A stretch of DNA of 62,704 bases, the filler included, from Chiloscyllium plagiosum (Eukaryota): the NCBI RefSeq assembly GCF_004010195.1. It is 3 parts of one record of this genome, joined end to end, with 100 filler letters (N's around TTAATTAATTAA, not from the genome) between each part and the next. Parts side by side here need not be neighbours in the genome. Positions count along the whole stretch, not along the records: positions 29,350 to 53,703 come from NC_057710.1; positions 53,804 to 62,704 come from NC_057710.1; 1 more part is not named here. One strand, given 5' to 3'. The translations under genes and the position numbers were made by a program. The notes under the pieces were generated by a model, which worked only from the letters and a program-made list of their open reading frames with translations, was not told the DNA's origin and did not search any database. Positions 49,157 through 62,361 of the stretch are shown piece after piece. Positions within the stretch are counted from its first letter, which is position 1. Each line of letters begins with the position of its first letter.

Positions 49157-50603
49157 GGTATCGAACCTTCCTATTCATATACCCATCCAGATGCCTTTTA
49201 AATGTTGCAATTGTACCAGCCTCCACCACATCCTCTGGCAGCTCATTCCATACACGTACCACCCTCTGCGTGAAAAAGTTGCCCCTTAGGGTGCTGGAAA
49301 AGTCAGGCAGCAANNNNNNNNNNNNNNNNNNNNNNNNNNNNNNNNNNNNNNNNNNNNNNNNNNNNNNNNNNNNNNNNNNNNNNNNNNNNNNNNNNNNNNN
49401 NNNNNNNNNNNNNNNNNNNNNNNNNNNNNNNNNNNNNNNNNNNNNNNNNNNNNNNNNNNNNNNNNNNNNNNNNNNNNNNNNNNNNNNNNNNNNNNNNNNN
49501 NNNNNNNNNNNNNNNNNNNNNNNNNNNNNNNNNNNNNNNNNNNNNNNNNNNNNNNNNNNNNNNNNNNNNNNNNNNNNNNNNNNNNNNNNNNNNNNNNNNN
49601 NNNNNNNNNNNNNNNNNNNNNNNNNNNNNNNNNNNNNNNNNNNNNNNNNNNNNNNNNNNNNNNNNNNNNNNNNNNNNNNNNNNNNNNNNNNNNNNNNNNN
49701 NNNNNNNNNNNNNNNNNNNNNNNNNNNNNNNNNNNNNNNNNNNNNNNNNNNNNNNNNNNNNNNNNNNNNTTGTTGCAGTGTCCAGGAAGTCCACCTCTCT
49801 CCACTCCCCCCATCCCTGGTTTTCCCCAGCCCCGTGTGAGCCAGAGGCCTCTCCAGGGATGTGCTTCCTGTGCTCTGTATCCACCGACATGGAGCGGATC
49901 GAGAAAGCAGCTCCTCCCCACCTTCTCAAGGACAACTCAGGCTGGGTAATAGATGTTGGCCCAGCCAGTGCCACTGCCATGCTGCCATGGCCAGAGCAAG
50001 TTCAAGGTTCAGAGTGACCTCCTCCTGCTCGGGATTTCTGTGGTTGTCTGTTCATTCTGCAGGAGGAGTTCACACTCTCTCCAATCACCAACTCCCTCGG
50101 TCAAAGCATCAAACCAAAACTCCTTACCCACTCACCAAAATATCTCAGTTACATCGTATCAATTGTCTCCTTCAATGAAAAAGCTCAGCTCCTTGATGAC
50201 TGTTTGATTTACTCATGGGACATGGGTGTTGCTGGCTGCCCGTCTCTAGCTGCCCTTGGGAAGTGGTACTGAGCTGGTATCTTGAACTGTTTGCAGTCGA
50301 AGTGCTGTAGGTATTACCAACAATGCCATTGGGAGAAAATTCCAGGAATATCAGCTAGTGACAGTGAATAAATGACAATAAATTTCCCGGTCAAGATGGT
50401 GAGTGGCTTGGAGGAGACCTTGCAGGGCCCAGTGTTCCCATGTAACTGCTGTACTTGTACTTTGTGCTTTTTGAAGGCACTATCACTAGATTGCTTTGGT
50501 GGTTTTCAGCAGTACATCTTAAACCAATAAGAAATAGAAATAGGAATAGACCATTCGGCCCTTGATCCTGCTCCACTATTGAATAGGATCATGGCTAGAA
50601 CAT

Positions 50604-50915
50604 AGCACGGTGGCCCAGTGGTTAGCACTGCTGCCTCACAGCGCCTGTAGACCCGGGTTCAATTCCCGACTCAGGCGACTGACTGTGTGGAGTTTGCACA
50701 TTCTCCCCGTGTCTGCGTGGGTTTCCTCCGGGTGCTCCGGTTTCCTCCCACAGTCCAAAGATGTGCGGGTCAGGTGAATTGGCCATGCTAAATTGCCCGT
50801 AGTGTTAGGTTAAAGGGGTGGATGTAGGGGTATGGGTGGGTTGCGCTTCGGCGGGTCGGTGTGGACTTGTTGGGCCGAAGGGCCTGTTTCCACACTGTAA
50901 GTAATCTAATCTAAT
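50604..50915 (+). mobile_element. HE1-type V-SINE
   Basis: A/B boxes (GGTTCAATTCC), V-domain, (taatc)n tail. Confidence 0.92.
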
Positions 50916-53703
50916 AGAACATTACAGTGCTGTACAGACCCTTCCGGCCTCGATATTGCACCAACCTGTGGAACCAATCTGAAGCCCATCTATCCGACAT
51001 TATTCCATTTTCACCCATAGTTTTCAATGGTCTTGTTGGGAATTTAGAATGGTGGGAATGGAGGTTAGGGCAGTTGAATGTTCCGCCTGCAGAATGTGGG
51101 AGGTAAGGGTCACCACTAGTGTCCCTGCTGACTACATCTGTGGGAAGTGAACCCAACCCCACCTCTCTGTGTTAGGGAACTGGAGCTGGAGTTGGATGAA
51201 CTTCGGATCATTCGGGAGGCGGAGGGGGTTATTGGGAGGAGTTACAGGGAGGTAGTCACGCCTCAGGTACAAGAAAAAGGCAGATGGGTTACAGTCAGGG
51301 GACAGAAAGGGAACCGGCAGGCAGTGCAGGGATCCCTGTGACTGTTCCCCTCAATAACATGTATATTGTTTTGGATACTGTTGGGGGGGACGACTTACCA
51401 GGGGTAAGCAATGGGGTACAGCTCTCTGGCACAGAGTCTGTCCCTGCTGCTCCAAGGGGAAGGGGGGAGAGGAGCAGGGCAGTAGTCATTGGGGACTCCA
51501 TAGTTAGGGGGACAGATAGGAGGTTCTGTGGGAATGAGTGGCTCATGGTTGGTGTGTTGCCTCCCAGGTATCAGGATTCGTGATGTCTCAGACCACGACC
51601 CATCTTATTTTCGGGATCCTTGAGGGGGAGGGGGAGCAGCCCAAGTTCAGATGGCAAAGGTAGTTTTTTTACTCAGAGAGTAGTAGGGGCATGGATTGGC
51701 CTGCCTGCAACAGTCGTAGACTTGCCTACTTCAAGGGATTTAAATACTCCTATCCCTTTCTATTGCTAAAGTAAACATAACCGAATTGTGGTCACTATCA
51801 CCAAAGTGCTCACCTACCTCCAAATCTAACACCTGGCCGGGTTCATTACCGAGTACCATATCCAAAGTGGCCTCACTCCTTGTTGGCCTGTCTAAATACT
51901 GTGTCAGGAAACTCTCCTGCATACATTGGACAATAACTGACCCATCTTATTTCCACGTATGGAGTCAGCTATTACAAAGGGGCATAGCTTTAAATTAAGG
52001 GGTGGAAGGTATAGGACAGATGTTAGGGGTAGGTTCTTTACTCAGCGAGTCATGAGTTCATGGAATGCCCTGCCAGTAGCAGTGGTGGACTCTCCCTCTT
52101 TATGGGCATTTAAACAGGCATTGGATAGGCATATGGAGGATAGTGGGCTAGTGTAGGTTAGGTGGGCTTGGATCGGCGCAACACTTCTCAGCCTTGTCTT
52201 TTCCCTGGGGTCAGTGATTCCAGAACTAGAGGGCATAGGGTTAGGGTGAGAGGGGAAAAATATAAAAGAGACCTAAGGGGCAACTTTTTCACGCAGAGGG
52301 TAGTACCTGTATGGAATGAGCTGCCAGGGGATGTGGTGGAGGCTGGTACAATTGCAACATTTAAGAGGCATTTGGATGGGTATATGAATAGGAAGGGTTT
52401 GGAGGGATATGGGCCGTATGCTGGCAGGTGGGACTAGACTGGGTTGGGATATTTGGTCGGTATGGACGTGTTGGACCGAATGGTCTGTTTCCATGCTGTA
52501 CATCTTTAGGACTCTATGACTGTGGTGATCACAGCATAATCAATTCTTAATATTCACTTTGAGAATGAGAAACTTGGGTCAGAAACAACTGTGCCTTAAA
52601 TCAAGGGAATTGCAATAAATGAATATTGAGTTAGCTGAAGTGAACTGGTCAGATACATCAGCAGGAATGTCAGGAAGCCAGCAGTGGCAGATATTAAAGG
52701 AGGTCATTTATGACTCTCAGCAAAAGGACATCCCAGTGAGGAGAAACAGTCTGAAGCCATGGGCCTGAACAACTGGGATAAATTCAAAATGAAGGAAAAA
52801 AGGATTAAAAAGAAAATACAACCAGAGAAAATAATTACAAAGGCAAAATTAGAGGGGAAAATACAACCAGATAACAAGAACTTCTTTAAATGTATAAAAA
52901 AGAAGAAAGAGATCACAGTGAACACAGGCCTCTCAGAAAATGAATCAGCAGATATAGTTTCTGACAAGGAGATGGCAATGGATTAAAACAGATATTCTGC
53001 ATCAGGCTTTATGTTGGAAGATACTTTGAACATCCCATTATTGCTAAAAATCAAAGGGAGGAATTAAATACCATGACCACCACTAGATAGGTCACAGTAG
53101 ACACACTAAAGAAATAAAGACAGATAAGTCCCCTGGCCCTGATGCCTTGCATTCTAGCATCTTAAAAGAGGAGCTACAGAGATAATGAAACCATTAGTTG
53201 TCATTTTTCAAAAATCCTGGAGTTCAGAAGTATAAGGATTGGAAAACCGCCAATGTGACACCAGTTCAAAAAGAGAGACAAACATAGGTAGCTATTGGTT
53301 GATTAGCCAAACATTTGTTGTTGGAAAAGTATTGGAATCATTTATTAAGGAGGTCATAAGAGAACATTTGGAAAATCAAAATCTAATCATATAGAGTCAG
53401 CGTGGTTTTCTCAAAGTGAAATCGTGTTTGACTAATGAGAGTCATAGAGTCACAGAGATGTACAGCATGGAAACGGACCCTTCGGTCCAACCTGTCCATG
53501 CCGACCAGATATCACAACCCAATCTAGTCCCACCTGCCAGCACCCGGCCCATATCCCTCCAAACCCTTCCTATTCATATATCCAAACAAATGCTTCTTAA
53601 ATGTTGCAATTGTACCAGCCTCCACCACATCCTCTGGCAGCTCATTCCATACACGTACCACCCTCTGTGTGAAAACGTTGCCCCTTAGGTCTCTTTTATA
53701 TCT
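50915..53703. mobile_element. CR1 mosaic: ORF1 fragment (51035-51645 +), several 3' ends and old ORF2 pieces
   Basis: RELELELDELRIIREAE, VVIGDSIVRGTDRRFCG, RGNFFTQRVV..WNELP. Confidence 0.88.
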
Positions 53704-53803
53704 NNNNNNNNNNNNNNNNNNNNNNNNNNNNNNNNNNNNNNNNNNNNTTAATTAATTAANNNNNNNNNNNNNNNNNNNNNNNNNNNNNNNNNNNNNNNNN
53801 NNN

Positions 53804-54745
53804 AAAGACTAATTTCACAATGACTGGTACAGCTACACTGATATCAACCTCCATGAAAACTGAGTGACCATTTAACCAGACATTTATTTGGATTGGTTCT
53901 GATTTGGATGTCGCTAACCAATCTAACTGTTCCAAACCAGGTGTAGGTGGCTTTTCCAGGGGATGCACTCTCTTGGATACCAGCCCATGAGTTCTCTTAC
54001 TCAGATCAGACCTAGTGGGACTCTTTTGCTGTCTCTACTCTGCATTCCAGCAGCAACGACAATGGCTTGTTGGCCCAGATCCTGATGAAAATGTGGGACT
54101 TCACTGTGGGCTGATCTCAAGTCCCCCTGTTCAGGACATGTCCTGACTGAGGCTTTGCAATTGATTTCAGTCAACTGGTGATGCCCAAGTTCAGTCAGAC
54201 TGGTGAGGGCGTCCACTTCCATCTGCACACCCGGCAACTCACGTGCTTCACTTACCACATTTTCCAAAGACAAAGCCAATTGGGCTTCAGCTAGTAGGCG
54301 CTTCTGTATGGTTACATCAGTAACTCCACATAACAAACAGTCTCCCAGTATCTCATTCAGGATTAACCCAAAATCACATGCCTCAAGCAGTCATCTCAAC
54401 CTCATCAAATACCCCGATACGGATCCCCTTGGTTCTCAAATTGCAGAGCAGAATGATAATTAGAGAAGGCTTGGGGTCGTAATATTCCTTAACTAAATCT
54501 GTCAATTCTTGCAAGGTTTTAGTATCTGGTGCTTTAGAGAAAGTTAGGTTCCTTGTAATTGAAAAAGCTGAAGGTCCACAAGCCATCAGAAGAATTATTC
54601 AATGCAATTTCATCTGCCACCAAAGTCATTTGCCCAGAAAAAATAATGCATTTTTTTCCAAACACTGGGCCTAGTCTTCAATGGCAGGATCAAACCAGCC
54701 AAGCTTCCCAAATAATGGCATGATGCCAGAAATGCTTACCCAAAT
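53804..54745 (-). mobile_element. Gypsy gag/protease remnant
   Basis: PDTKTLQELTDLVKEYYDPKPS, LCGVTDVTIQKRLLAE, INVWLNGHSVFMEVDISVAVPVI (degenerate DTGA protease motif). Confidence 0.85.
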
Positions 54746-55263
54746 TGAGAATGGAGTGTTTGAGTTATAAGGAGAGGTTGGATGGAGAGTATTTTTCACT
54801 GGAGTGGATCAGGTTGAGAGGTGGACTTGATAAAATAATGAGGGGGAGAGATTAGGTGAGTAGCAGGTGTCTTTTCCTTTGGGTGAGGGATTTCAAGACA
54901 TGGGGGCACATTTTTAAGGTGAGAAGAGAAAGATTTTAAAAAGATATGAGGTGCAATTTTTTAACCTACCCTTTATTCACACTGGAGAGTCTTGACACTG
55001 ACCCAGCTCCCTCAGAGCCAGCTCTCGGAATAAACAGAACTTCTGACACTCCTGTTTATTTATTTGTTTACTCCCTTTGTTTCTTTAATTTTCCCCACCA
55101 CACTAATAGCAGGGAACTGCTGGGTGCAACACCCTCAACCTCAGATCTCTGAGAGAAAGGTGTAGGAATCCCATGTAGGGAGCCCTCCACTGGGGCTCCC
55201 CACTTTCTGGTGGTAAATGGGCACGCCAAGGCAGTGGATGAGGGTGAAGAGGGACAAAACCGT

Positions 55264-55577
55264 GGGCGGCACGGTGGCACAGTGGTTAGCACTGCTGCCT
55301 CACAGCACCAGAGACCCGGGTTCAATTCCCGCCTCAGACGACTGACTGTGTGGAATTTGCACATTCTCCCCGTGTCTGCGTGGGTTTCCTCCAGGTGCTC
55401 CGGTTTCCTCCCCCGCTCCAAAAATGTGCAAGTTAGGTGAATTGACCATGCTAAATTGCCTGTAGTGTTATGGGCAGGGGTAAATGTAGGGGAATGGGTG
55501 TGGGTGGGTTGCGCTTCGGCAGGTCGGTGTGGACTTGTTGGGCCGAAGGGCTTGTTTCCACACTGTAAGTAATCTAA
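55264..55577 (+). mobile_element. HE1-type V-SINE
   Basis: gggcggcacggtggcacagtgg head, B box, V-domain, tail. Confidence 0.92.
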
Positions 55578-55659
55578 AAAAAAACTAAAACTTCAGGGCT
55601 CCCTGATTGCACAAGATTAACAGCCCCAATCACGGAACTCATATTCTGTTGTTGGTACG

Positions 55660-56555
55660 TTGCAGATGACACCAAAATTGGAGGTGTAGTGGACAGCCAA
55701 GAAGGTTACCTCAGAATATAACAGGGCCTTGATTAGATGGCAAATGGGTTCAGAAGTGGCACATTAGATAAATGTGAAATATTGCAGTTTGGAAAAGCAA
55801 ATCAGGGCAGGATTTATAAATATACCATATTAATGGTAAGGTCTTGGGAATGTTCCCAAACAAAGAAATATTTAGGTTCATAGCTCCTTGAAAGTGAAGT
55901 TGCAGGTAGATAGGATAGTGAAGAAAACATTTGGTATGCTTTCCTTTATTGGTCAGAGATTGAGTAAATGAGTTGGGAGATCATTTTTGCGGCTGTACAG
56001 GACATGGGTTAGGCCACTGTTGGAGTATTGTGTGCAATTCTGGTCTCCTTCCTATTGGAAGGATGTTGTGAAACTTGAAAGGGTTCAGAAAAGATTTACA
56101 AGGATATTGCCAGGGTTGGAGAGTTTGAGCTAAAGGGAGAGGCTGAATAGCTGGGGTTGTTTTCCCTGGAACATCGGAGGTTGAGGTGTGACCTCAGAGA
56201 GGTTTATAAAATCATGAGGGGTATGGATATGATAAATAGACAAGGTGTTATCCCCAGGATAGGGGAGTCCAAATATAGAGGGGACAGGTTTAAGGTGAGA
56301 GGGGAACAAAGTAAAAGTGACCTCAGGGGCAACATTTTCATGCAGAGGGTGATTTGTGTATGGAATGAGCTGCCAGAGATTGGTACAATTACAACACATA
56401 AAAGGCATTTGAATGGATATATGAGTAGGAAGAGTTTCGAGGGATATGAGTAAATGCGGGCAAATGGGATTAGATTAATTTAGGATATCTGGTCTGCATG
56501 GACAAGTTGGTCTGCAAGGTCTGTTTCCATGCTGTCCATCTCTCTGACTCTCTGT
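55660..56555 (+). mobile_element. CR1 3' portion
   Basis: FSLEHRRLRCDLREVYKIMRG; CR1 tail. Confidence 0.88.
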
Positions 56556-56944
56556 GATCCAGCTGGCTGCACTCGTTACAATGACTTCAGTTTGAACTAG
56601 TTTTGTTTTAAAATGAGTTAACAGCCTTTCTTTTCGTGACAAATCGAATCAGGTCGGATCAATACTGTACCTCCTTTAAAGGAGACTGGATGAATCAGGT
56701 GCTTTCTTTCATAATTCAGAAGTCGCAGGATCATGAAACTCTGCCAACTCCTGTCATGACTTGAATGGACGTCTACAGAGTATTAGTGAAGGGATCTGGA
56801 ATTTGTATGACATTGCTTATGAGTTATCATTATGCTGCTGATTGCTTTAAAAATTGGGCAGCTTGGTGGAGGTGCAGTAAAACATGATGGTTTTGTTCCA
56901 GGGATCAGAGACTGCTGTTACGAGGGTTGCTTGGCAAATCTCAC

Positions 56945-58120
56945 AGGTGAGATGAGAGTGACAGTCCTTGACATCAAAGCTGTATTTGACTGAGTGTGGT
57001 ATCCATGAGCCCAGCAAAACTGGAATCAATGGGTATCAGAGGACAAACTCTCCAACTCCATTGGAATCATACCTGGCACATAGGAAGATGGTCTTGGTTG
57101 TTGGAAATCAGTCATCTCAGTCCCAGGACATCTCTGCAGGAATTTCTTGGGATAGTGTCCTGGGTCCAACCATCCTCAGTTGCTTCATCAATGATCTTCC
57201 CTTCATTATAAGGTTAGAAGTGGGGATGTTTGCTGTTGATTGCACAATGATCAACAATATTTGTGACTCCTCAGATACTGAAGCAGTCCATGTTCAAATG
57301 CAACAAGATCTGGACAATATCTAGACGAGGGCTGACAAGTGGCAAGTAACATTCACACCATACAGATGTCAGGCTATGACCATCACCAATAAGAGACAAT
57401 CTAACTACCACTCCTTACCATTTGATGGTGTAACCATCAATGAGTCCCCCACTAACAACATCCTGGAGGTTGGTGTTGAACAGAAATTGAACTGAAATCA
57501 CCACATAACACAGTGGCTACAAGAGCAGGTCAGAATCTAGGAGTACTGTGGTGAATAACTCACTTCCTGACTCCCCAAAGCCTGTCCACCATCTACAAGA
57601 CACAAGTCAGGAGTGTGATGGAATACTCCACACTTGCCTAGATGGGTGCAGCTCCAACAACACTCAAAAGCTTGACACCATCCAGGACAAAGCAACTCAC
57701 TTGATTGGCACCACATCCATAAATATTTACTCCTTTCACAACTGACACTCAGTAATAGCAGTTTGTGTCACCTACAAGCTGTGCTGCAGAAATGCACGAA
57801 CATCTTTAGACAGCACCTTCCAAACCCACAATCACTTCCATGTAGCAGGACAAGGGCAGCAGATATATGGGGATACCACAATAGGCAGGTTCCCCTCCAA
57901 TCCACTCACCATCCTGACTTGGAAATATATTGCTGTTCCTTCATTGGCACTGGATCAAAATCCTGGATTCCGCCCTGAATGGCATTGTGGGTCAACCCAC
58001 AGCACATGGACTGAAGCGGTTCAAGAGGCAGGTCACCTCCACCTTCTCAAGGGGCAACTAGGGATGGGTAATAAATGATGGCCCAGCCAGCAACACCCAC
58101 ATCCCACAAATGAATTTTTA
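56945..58120 (+). mobile_element. L2/CR1-like LINE 3' portion (second family)
   Basis: SVLGPTILSCFINDLP..EVGMFAVDCTM..QQDLDNI; tail ccaccttctcaaggggcaactagggatggg. Confidence 0.85.
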
Positions 58121-58869
58121 AAAATTTGGCTGTGATTCAGGAAATTTGGAAGAGGTATTCAAAGTTATGAGAGATAGAGTCAGTAGAAAACAAATTGTTT
58201 CCATTGGGAGAAGAGTCAAGAGTCAAAGTACATCGAGTTTGGAAAAAGAAGAAAACACAACACAAGGACAAATATTTTTACACCATAAATGGTTCCGTTA
58301 TTATTTTAATCCACTTGTTGGTCAGCCTTTATTTCCAATCCCTAATGCTCAGGGAGGAGTTTGTTACAATGGACATGTAGGTCAGAGCAGATAAATTGTT
58401 AACGAACGACATTAGATTTTTACAGTAATTAACAGTAGTCACCTTGTCAGCATTAAGCAAGTTCTTCCCTGTTCCCAGTTTTTAGTGAATTCACATATCA
58501 CCATGTACTGTGGTGAGATTTGAATCCACATCCCCAGAACATTACCTCAGGCTCTGGGTTATTATTCCACTGAAATAACCACCCTGTCACCACTTTCTCC
58601 TAAACTTCAAATGCACTGCCTAAGTGTGTCGGCAGATTCTATTGTGGCTTTCACAAAAGGAGTCAGGTGAGAAATAGAAATAAAACAGGGCTATGGGGAT
58701 GAGCTGACTGCCTCCAACAGAGAGATGACAGGTTTGAACCAGAAGCTGGTGAGCTTGAATGGGAAGTTGACTAGCTCAAAGAGAGAGCTAACACAGACCT
58801 CTGTGATGCCACCAATTCTATAATTCCAAACTCAACTGCCTGAGGCTTATCCAGACAGATCTTCCTCAC

Positions 58870-59086
58870 CTGAAGCAGTTCCTTGTCCACGTGAAGTAGC
58901 TCCTTTAATCTTGGTCTCCCAGCCAGCTCCTGGTGAATGACTGGTGGGTCTGTTACTGGGGACAGTGAACACAGTTCCATTTCCACGGTTCCCATTGTCA
59001 ATGGCAGATTCTTCATTCTCTGCTGCTGAAAGATTTAAAACTTGGCACCAGATCAGAAATACCAAACCCACATGGCAGGCGGACAT
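58870..59086 (-). CDS. Candidate first coding exon with signal peptide (MSACHVGLVFLIWCQVLNLSAA-ENEESAIDNGNRGNGTVF...GQGTAS), ends in phase 1
   Basis: ATG in acaATG context (A at -3), hydrophobic core then small residues, consensus donor CAG|GTGAGG after 217 nt, non-repetitive sequence, phase matches the mini-exons. Confidence 0.65.
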
Positions 59087-59255
59087 TGTAAATGATCACA
59101 ACTCTCTGCTCTCCACTTCAAAGTTCTGTCCCTGTGTTAACACGTAGTTTTCTGCCTGTCCTCCTCATCAATCTCTCTTTCCCTTTTCAGTTTCTCTGTG
59201 CTTGTGCTCTCAATCTCTCTGTGTCTCAGCTTGTTCCAGAATCTGTGTCATTATG

Positions 59256-59315
59256 TGACTCATGTCAGAAATAACTTTGTAACAGCCCCAGCTTTAACCA
59301 GGCAGAAAGAGGAAA
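59256..59315 (-). promoter_or_regulatory. Possible promoter elements upstream of the candidate first exon: AP-1 TGACTCA (59256-59262), ETS/IRF-like GAAAGAGGAAA (59305-59315)
   Basis: Motif matches only; short motifs arise by chance. Confidence 0.25.
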
Positions 59316-59324
59316 CCCTGGAAA

Positions 59325-61190
59325 GGAACAGAGAACATGAAACATAAAACAGTACAGTACAGCCCCTTCAGCTCACTATGTTGTGATGAGCATTAATATT
59401 AATCTAAGACCAACCTAACCTACACACTCCACAATTTACTGCCGTCCGTGTGCTTGTCCAGCAATCGCTTCAATGTCCCTAATGTCCCTGACTCTACTCC
59501 CACTGCTGGCAGTGCATTCCACACACCCACCACTCTCGGTGTAAAGAACCTACCTCTGACATCTCCCCTATAACTTCCTCCAATCACCATAAAATTATGA
59601 CCCCTCATGACAGCCATTTCTGCCCTGGAGAAAAGTCTCTGGCTATCTACTTTATCGATGCCTTTCATTACCTCGTACCCCTCTATCAAGTCACCTCTTT
59701 TCCTTCTTCTCTCTTGAGCTCACTCAAACCTCTCTTCATAAGACAGGCTCTCCAGTCCAGGCAGCATCCTGGTAAATCTCCTCTACACCTTCCCTAAAGC
59801 ATCCTCATACTTCCTATGATGAGGTGACCAGAACCAAGGGTGGTCTAACCAGGGTTTTATAAAGCTGCAGCAAAACCTCGCAGCTCTTAAACTCAATCCC
59901 CCTGTTAATGAAACCAAAGCACCACATGCCTTCTTCACAACTCAACCAACTTGGGTGACAACTTTGAGGGATCTATATATACGGATCCCAAGATCTCCCT
60001 GTTCCCCCACACTGTCAAGAATCTTGTCTTTAGCCCTGTACTCAGCATTCAAATTCAACCTTCCGAAATGAATCACTTCACATTTATCTGGTTTGAACTC
60101 CATCTGCCACTTCTCAGCCCAGCTTTGCATCCTGTCATTGTCTTGTTGCAGCCTGCAATAGCCCTCGACACTATCCACAACACCACCGGCCTTTGTGTCA
60201 TCGGCAAATTTACTAACCCATCCTTCCACTTTCTCATCAAGTCATTTATAAAACCTACATAGAGCAGAGGCCCAAGAACAGAGCCCAGCGGGACTTCACT
60301 GGTCACCGACGTCCGGGCGCAGTACTTTCCATCCACTACCACTCACTGTCTTCTTCCAGCCAGCCAGTTCTGTATCCAGACAGCCAAATTTCTCTGTATT
60401 CCATACCTCCTAACTTTCTGAACAAGCCTACCGTGGGAACCTTATCAGATGCCTTACTGAAATCCGGATACACCACATCCACTGCTCGACCCTCGTCAAC
60501 TTGTCTTGTGAGATCCTCAAAGAACTCAGTCATGTTTGTGAGGCATGACCTACCCCTCACAAAGCCATGCTGACTCTCTTTCACCAAACTGTTTTTCCAA
60601 ATAGTTTTTCCAAATCATAGCTCTCAGAGTCCTTTCCAGAACCTTGCTTACCACAGACGTAAGACTAACTGGTCTGTAATTCCCAGGGATTTCCCTCATC
60701 CCTTGAACATAGGAACAACATTCGCCTCCCTCCAACCATCCGGTCCTACTCCCATGGAGAGTGAGGATGCAAAGATCATCACCAGAGGCACAGCAACCTC
60801 ATCCCTCACTTCCTGTAGTAACCATAGATATATCTGGTCCGGTCCCGGGGACGAAGCTAACTTGATGCTTCCCAGAATTTCCAGCACATCCATTTTCTTA
60901 ATATCAATCTGTTCAANNNNNNNNNNNNNNNNNNNNNNNNNNNNNNNNNNNNNNNNNNNNNNNNNNNNNNNNNNNNNNNNNNNNNNNNNNNNNNNNNNNN
61001 NNNNNNNNNNNNNNNNNNNNNNNNNNNNNNNNNNNNNNNNNNNNNNNNNNNNNNNNNNNNNNNNNNNNNNNNNNNNNNNNNCTTTCCAAGATCTGCTGCC
61101 CAATCTGTTCTTCCATCTCTCTGCTGCTATTGGAGGGTCTAGAGAAAATTTCCAATAAAGTGACTGCTCCTTTCCTGTTACTGACTTCCA
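59325..61190 (-). mobile_element. CR1 ORF2 remnant spanning a gap
   Basis: SQHGFVRGRSCLTNMTEFFE, VSKFADDTKAGG, RGRFFTPRVVGVWNALP. Confidence 0.92.
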
Positions 61191-62361
61191 AAAGAGACAG
61201 GATTGGACAAGTTGGGAGCAGGGCCAAGCATGCTGATGGACAGTGCATTCTGCTGAGACATTGTAAACTCCGACAGTACAAATGCAGAACACACAGTGGT
61301 AGGTTTCTGATTTGCTGTGTTTCCTGTTGCTTTGTCAGAGAAACCAGGCCAGGGATTCCAGCAGGGAGATCGTTGCTGTAACAGCAAAGATTATAGTGTG
61401 ATGCTAAACCTGCAGATATCCCCAGGGAGCTGAACAAATTAGAGTTGGAAATTTTGGAATGTTCCAGATCACTTCAGCTTATTAATTACCCAGGAAATGT
61501 TAGAGAATTAAAAAAAAACCTGCTCTAACCCCTGGGGACCAACAGCCAACAAACTGATCACTATCCCCCAACACTGTTAAACATGACATTTCTCAACCCC
61601 TACTGTCTGATCCTATCAGACCCCATCACCCCTCCACTCAAGCCAACAGATCACCTCCATAACCCCTAGTGATAGCCCGAACTCAACATCACCACTGACC
61701 AAATTCCAACAGACACTAATAACCTCTGCCCGACCCAACACCCTGACTGACTTACCCTCACATCCCCACTCCATCCAACTGGACCTTCATCAATCGCTGA
61801 CACCTCCCAACCTGCCATTCTCCTGGCCCTTCCCTACTTCTCCAAGACCTGACCTGACATTCCCCGGAATACTCACAGCCCAATCCAATCTGAGTCTACC
61901 CAACAATACTTTTGATCCAACAAGCCCAGCCAATCTAATCCTGCTCCTACAATGACACAAGCCCTATCAGGACCTGATCAGCACTGCTCACCCCTGGCCC
62001 CAGCTAAAACATTCATCCATTTAATTTTTTCCTGAACCCTCATCCCCCAGCAAGCACTGGAACACACAGCTGTCTCACAGACCTCTCTTCTCTCAGTCAT
62101 TTTGTACTGACTGCAGGACCTTTCATCACTCAAATTACAACGATAACTTCCATGCTGCTCTTCTCTGCTGTTGGTGATGAGTAATCCTGGACTCACCTTG
62201 GCTAGATCAGAACAGAAGGTTGTTTACCATGAAATTCATGGAGTGGACTAATTTAAAGGTTAATGAGATTTCTAACACTGATCAAAAAACATTGGGTTGC
62301 ATTGTTTAGAGTGACAGTCCAATGAGAGTGAGATGTTTTTGTTTGCAAATCTAAACCATCA

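Noticed and set aside
50136..50170. Possible minus-strand exon ending at ttg|GTGAGT
   Set aside because: Stops in all three frames and a weak acceptor
61130..61381. Cys-rich ORF resembling a defensin (GQCILLRHCKLRQYKC..ICCVSCC)
   Set aside because: Starts in antisense CR1 sequence, has no signal peptide, Cys spacing does not fit and there is no splice support
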